DNA from: Balanoglossus misakiensis | Lineage: Eukaryota; Animalia; Hemichordata | Length of the DNA stretch: 64,000 nucleotides | Direction of reading: 5' to 3' | NCBI GenBank assembly: GCA_040954595.2 | Contig: CM082577.2 | Coordinates: 2,933,703 to 2,997,702 of the forward strand | Shown: one piece after another, positions 60,141 to 64,000 of the stretch | Layout of the letters: each line of letters starts with the position of its first letter | Numbering within the stretch: the first letter of the stretch is position 1 | Notes under the pieces: model-generated | The model's input: the letters and a program-made list of their open reading frames with translations, nothing else | Databases searched by the model: none | What the model was told of the DNA's origin: nothing | Translations under genes and position numbers: made by a program

Positions 60141-63133
60141 ACATCATCAAGAATTCATATTCAAATCATTTACATAAAAACAGCGGAATAGCCTTAACAA
60201 CTATTTCATTCGCAGCAGATGTCGTTTGCTTGGCATTGTTGCTGACATGCATGGCAGGCAGTGAAAAGTCTTGCATGCTGAAACGCAACTTGGGCTTAGT
60301 ATCATTCGCTTGTTTGTCGCAGCGTTGCGCGGGAATCCCATGCATGAATCCCGTGTATTTCGAGATTATGTAAAAGCGATGCATTTAAGTACAGAAGTAC
60401 GTTTCTAAACGTGGCATGGTATTTCAGTTTCGTGTCTTACAGAACAAGAAGGCGTCCAATGTATGATACAGTACTCAAGAGAATGGGTTTTTACGTGCAT
60501 GTGTTATGCAAATGTGCTGACGCCATCTTTATCTGGGGACGTACCTGAAATCGTATACATGTTTCAGTAAAAAAATTGCCACCAGTGGGACTTAGTGGTG
60601 ACATTCACACGGTCAAATTAACTGACAATATTTTGTTGGGTTAAAAGCTCAGCAGTAGCTTTCATTTGCAGCGGCAGCGGCCGTTTGCTGGACATATCCG
60701 TTATGTTTAGTGAAATCGTGCGCTGAATCAAAATGGACTTGCTACCTTGCACGTCACAATTATCCCCTGTAAATCCTGATGCACATATACAGACGTACAT
60801 GGTAGGGTCGTTTGCATGTGTAAGGCACGTCCCTCCGTTTACACAGGGATTCGGTGAACAGTCGATGACTGCTGTGTAATAAGACACGAGGAGGAGTTCG
60901 TCGTAAAAAACATGGATAACAGTCTATCGATGTGATTATTGCAAATTTTTGTCTAATTTCTTAAAATTAATTATTTATTCGTTCCAATGACTATCCAAAT
61001 AAGAAAGTGGGTCATGGTTGACTAGTTGTTGTCCTTATTTTTGTTGTGAACTCGTATAAAACATCAACCATTTTGAGAGAAAAAAATGCCCTAATCTTCA
61101 CGAATATTCATACAATATTTTCTGGAGCCTGTGGTTGGGATATTGCTCCATTGATACACCCTGACATAATTGTGTAGGACTAAAAGGGACTCGGCGGGGT
61201 GGGGTGGGGTGGGCGCTCTGATGACTTCAAGTAAAAGGCTATACCTGGTATCGTCATTTCACAGTTGACGCCGGTGTAACCCGAGTAGCAACTGCAGAGA
61301 TACTCCGTGACGCTCGAGAAACTCTGCCAACAGTCGCCGTTCACACATGGGTTCGGAGAGCATACGTCTACTGTGAATGTCGTCAAGACAACAGGAGCGC
61401 AGTGTCAGGCGTGTGTGTCGACACACATACATGTAAACAACTGGCAAGTGCGAAATGCACGATCGAGCGACAGGTGTGAAAAGTATACCGTCACATTCAA
61501 TGGCATAAGATTTCATTAGAAGAGTTAAGCCAAGCGTCGTTGGTAAAATTTGGGTGAGATTGATTATGGGTCACTGTTTCGGCATGGAGAACCCGGTAAG
61601 TTTTCGGCCGCAAGATCCTGTTAATCACCAGAAGTATTCGTTTCATTTAACCCAGTGCCTATGCCGTTCGCGGTCCGGGCCGACCGCCACGCTGTGCTCA
61701 TGTTGGAAACCGACTTCCTTTTATATTTCAAGCTTTACAGTACAGAGATAGACATTATTAAAGAAAAGGTTTTAGCTTACTGCACGATGGGAAGCGTCGA
61801 GAAAAGTTACGGGTTAACTCTTAGCAGACACATAACGTGATGATGATGATGATGACGACGACGACGATGATGGTGATGATGATGATATGATGATGCTATG
61901 ATAAATTCTATTAATTACACCATGCAGGTATAGAAATTCCATCTACACAGCACACGTGCCCAAACGAACAGAATGAGACAGTAATTTCATTCGCAGCAGC
62001 AGCCGAAGCGGATTTTTGATAAAGCGCTGTAGTGAGATCGTTCGCAATGACGTAAATCGACTTGCTACCTTGCACGTCACAAAAGAAACCCATGTATCCT
62101 GATGCGCAGACGCAGACATGGCTGCTCGGATCGTTGTAAACCACGAAGCACGACCCTCCATTTTGGCATGGATTAGACAAACACGCGTCTTCTACATTGT
62201 AATGAAGTGAAACGACATAAAAAGGCAACAGTTTTAAAGTTGGCGAAGTCTTTGTGTGTGAGTACATGAAAGTTTGCGAAATACAAGTACACGTACTCGA
62301 CAAAGGTCTGGTCTCACTTTCGCAGGGCTACGCATATTAAACATTTGCGAAGGGGGAAAATTGGAAAAATATTTATTTTCCTCCAAGAATCTCTTCCGGA
62401 TTAGTATATTTCAATATAGAAACTGGTGTTTCGCAGCGATGTACAAAACCATAAATATTTTACTGGAGGCTGGTAGTATTAGTCTTCCAGTCACGTGATA
62501 GTATCTTGTCTGCCCTCACAAGTGATGATTTCGTTTACTGTGCAACGCATGCGTGGCGGTACTGGAGTCATGCATTTCGTGGAATATTGATTGCGGGGTG
62601 TAATCACTGACCTATAATTTCGATCTCGCACAACGTTCCCTCGTGACTTGACGGGCACAGGCACAGGAAGTCGGTGGAATCGGCAGAGGATTGCAAACAG
62701 GTTGCTCCGTTCTGGCACGGGTTGGGATCACACGGATTGGTAACTAAAATAATTAAGCGCAAAAGAAAAATTCTCAAAACAAATCAAGTAAATTAAAAAT
62801 AAAGTGGTTAATTTCAAAACAAAACAAAACAAAGCAAAATCACACAGGGATGCGAGAGACAGCGTTTGTAAACGTAAATATTTTGTCTGAAAATGCCAAA
62901 CGATCTAGCTGTCAATTACGAATTAGCATGCAAGTCCATCATCGAAACATTTGGTCATGTTGTCCCTTGAATGAGACACCAGCTATATCGAAACGAGAGT
63001 CTACAAAGAGACGAACCTGAACAAGTCGTTCCTCCAAATCCACTTGGACAGGTGCATCTAAAAAGCTCAGAGTTGCCCGGGTCTATTTCACAGGTGCCTC
63101 CGTTGAGACACGGGCTGGGCGAGCATGCATTCT
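57373..63133 (-). CDS. Second EGF-repeat unit (5' end not in window or not identified): 8 EGF exons + three-finger (activin-receptor/Ly6-like) domain + Thr/Pro-rich stalk; span
   Basis: Ten frame-compatible exons with canonical splice sites; terminal exon not identified. Confidence 0.75.
57988..58160 (-). CDS. Exon: Cys-rich three-finger domain, N-terminal part
   Basis: 173 bp, phase 1-0, GDFVCACTQPACPAGQTSCTAISGSCYVTTTGGTGDSLVKGCLVESQVQIFCGDEYP. Confidence 0.85.
58339..58455 (-). CDS. EGF exon, upstream unit
   Basis: 117 bp, [22 protein letters not shown]... Confidence 0.88.
59012..59140 (-). CDS. EGF exon, upstream unit
   Basis: 129 bp, NPCDPNPCLNGGFCFQNFNDTTSYLC... Confidence 0.88.
59406..59525 (-). 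CDS. EGF exon, upstream unit
   Basis: 120 bp, DACAQNPCVNGDCFLSSSDTADYFC... Confidence 0.88.
60037..60141. repeat. (AAAT)n microsatellite
   Basis: ~25 AAAT units. Confidence 0.95.
60746..60871 (-). CDS. EGF exon, upstream unit (CAGCAG tandem acceptor; alternative end 60868)
   Basis: [27 protein letters not shown]... Confidence 0.85.
61245..61370 (-). CDS. EGF exon, upstream unit
   Basis: 126 bp, DVCSPNPCVNGDCWQSFSSVTEYLC... Confidence 0.88.
62069..62191 (-). CDS. EGF exon, upstream unit
   Basis: 123 bp, [26 protein letters not shown]... Confidence 0.88.
62612..62743 (-). CDS. EGF exon, upstream unit
   Basis: 132 bp, [27 protein letters not shown]... Confidence 0.88.
   Translation of the reverse strand, partial: LPIRVIPTRARTEQPVCNPLPIPPTSCACARQVTRERCARSKL
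63017..63133 (-). CDS. EGF exon, upstream unit (alternative in-frame donor gives start 63005)
   Basis: 117 bp, [26 protein letters not shown]... Confidence 0.82.
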
Positions 63134-63311
63134 CTGCAGTAGTTGAGAAAGGGAGACACACAGACGTAACACACAGTGAAATAAAAGACACATGCACGGC
63201 GAAACAAAATCAGCGGTACTTGCAAGTGAGATACAACCGAAAGCGTTAACTGGCAACAAGCAGACCCGTAGTATAGCGAAGACCTTCAGTAAAATCTTAC
63301 GCAAAAAGCAG

Positions 63312-63430
63312 TCTGATTAAAATCATATGTAGAGTTACGCGCCATCTTTACTTTTGCTGATTCTTGGCTGTTCTGTTCGGAAGGGGTAGTGTTAGCGTAC
63401 GCCCCCAAACAGCCAAAAACAGAACAGCTA
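63312..63430. mobile_element. Partial copy of the MITE-like repeat seen at 9994-10183
   Basis: Shares TCTGATTAAAATCA.ATGTAGAGTT and GATTCTTGGCTGTTCTGTT.GGAAGGGG. Confidence 0.55.
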
Positions 63431-64000
63431 AAACCAGGAGAGCAGTTTACCGCTTTCGGTTGTACTCAAGCGATATGTTTTCCTTGTGGTGATTGTTTAA
63501 TGGTCCTATGTCCTGAAGTGAGGTGCAACGGACCGGTTGCAAGAAAGACGAAACTCATAGAGAAGTGAACGACAGGAAGTAGACGGCAGGAAGTAGCGAC
63601 AGGAAGTAGACGACAGCATGGCAAACGATCAGAGAGAGAGAGAGAGAGAGAGAGTCTTGTGCCACATATTTTTAAAAGTCGATTGTCGACTATAAAACAA
63701 ACCTTCTATCTCACAGGTCCTCCCAAGGAATCCACTTAGGCAGTAGCAAATGAAATCGTTTGGGTCATCAAATTTTTCGAGGCATGTAGCACCATTACGA
63801 CAGGGAGCGGAAAGGCAAGCATCTGTGGGAAAGCGTTGGCAGAAGCAAATGAAAGCAGGGAATTATCAAGTAGTTAATGGTTGCGTGTTTTTGGCATGTA
63901 GAGGGCGCAAATTTCTCATCTGATTTCATGATAAAGCCAGGCCTGTTCACAAATGCTGCGAACACTTGCAAATCTCGAGACTCAGGAACATGACTTTCAC

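Overview
Eukaryotic (invertebrate deuterostome, most likely echinoderm) genomic DNA, not prokaryotic. Bases 1-8050 are an 87-bp AT-rich tandem satellite with a ~3.05-kb (35-monomer) higher-order repeat; the long ORFs the track shows there are artefacts of a stop-free 87-bp unit. From 56130 down to 9742 on the minus strand lies one complete gene that I reconstructed by hand, with 92 coding exons and ~3,736 aa if all are used: signal peptide - EGF - CUB - 81 EGF - CUB - 8 EGF - transmembrane helix - 9-aa tail. Its N-terminal EGF-CUB-EGF closely resembles sea-urchin fibropellin (from memory), but it has ~90 EGF modules, a second CUB and a membrane anchor instead of the avidin domain. Almost every EGF is a single phase 1-1 exon of ~114 bp. 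Oddities inside the gene: a GC-AG intron containing a 40-bp palindrome, a 4-Cys truncated EGF, a fused triple-EGF exon, a probable alternative stop exon giving a secreted form, a possible internal CpG-rich promoter, a pre-miRNA-like hairpin and several MITE/foldback insertions. Upstream (57373-63133, minus strand) are exons of a second EGF-repeat unit ending in a TGF-beta-receptor/Ly6-like three-finger domain plus a Thr-rich stalk; it could splice in frame into the fibropellin-like gene.
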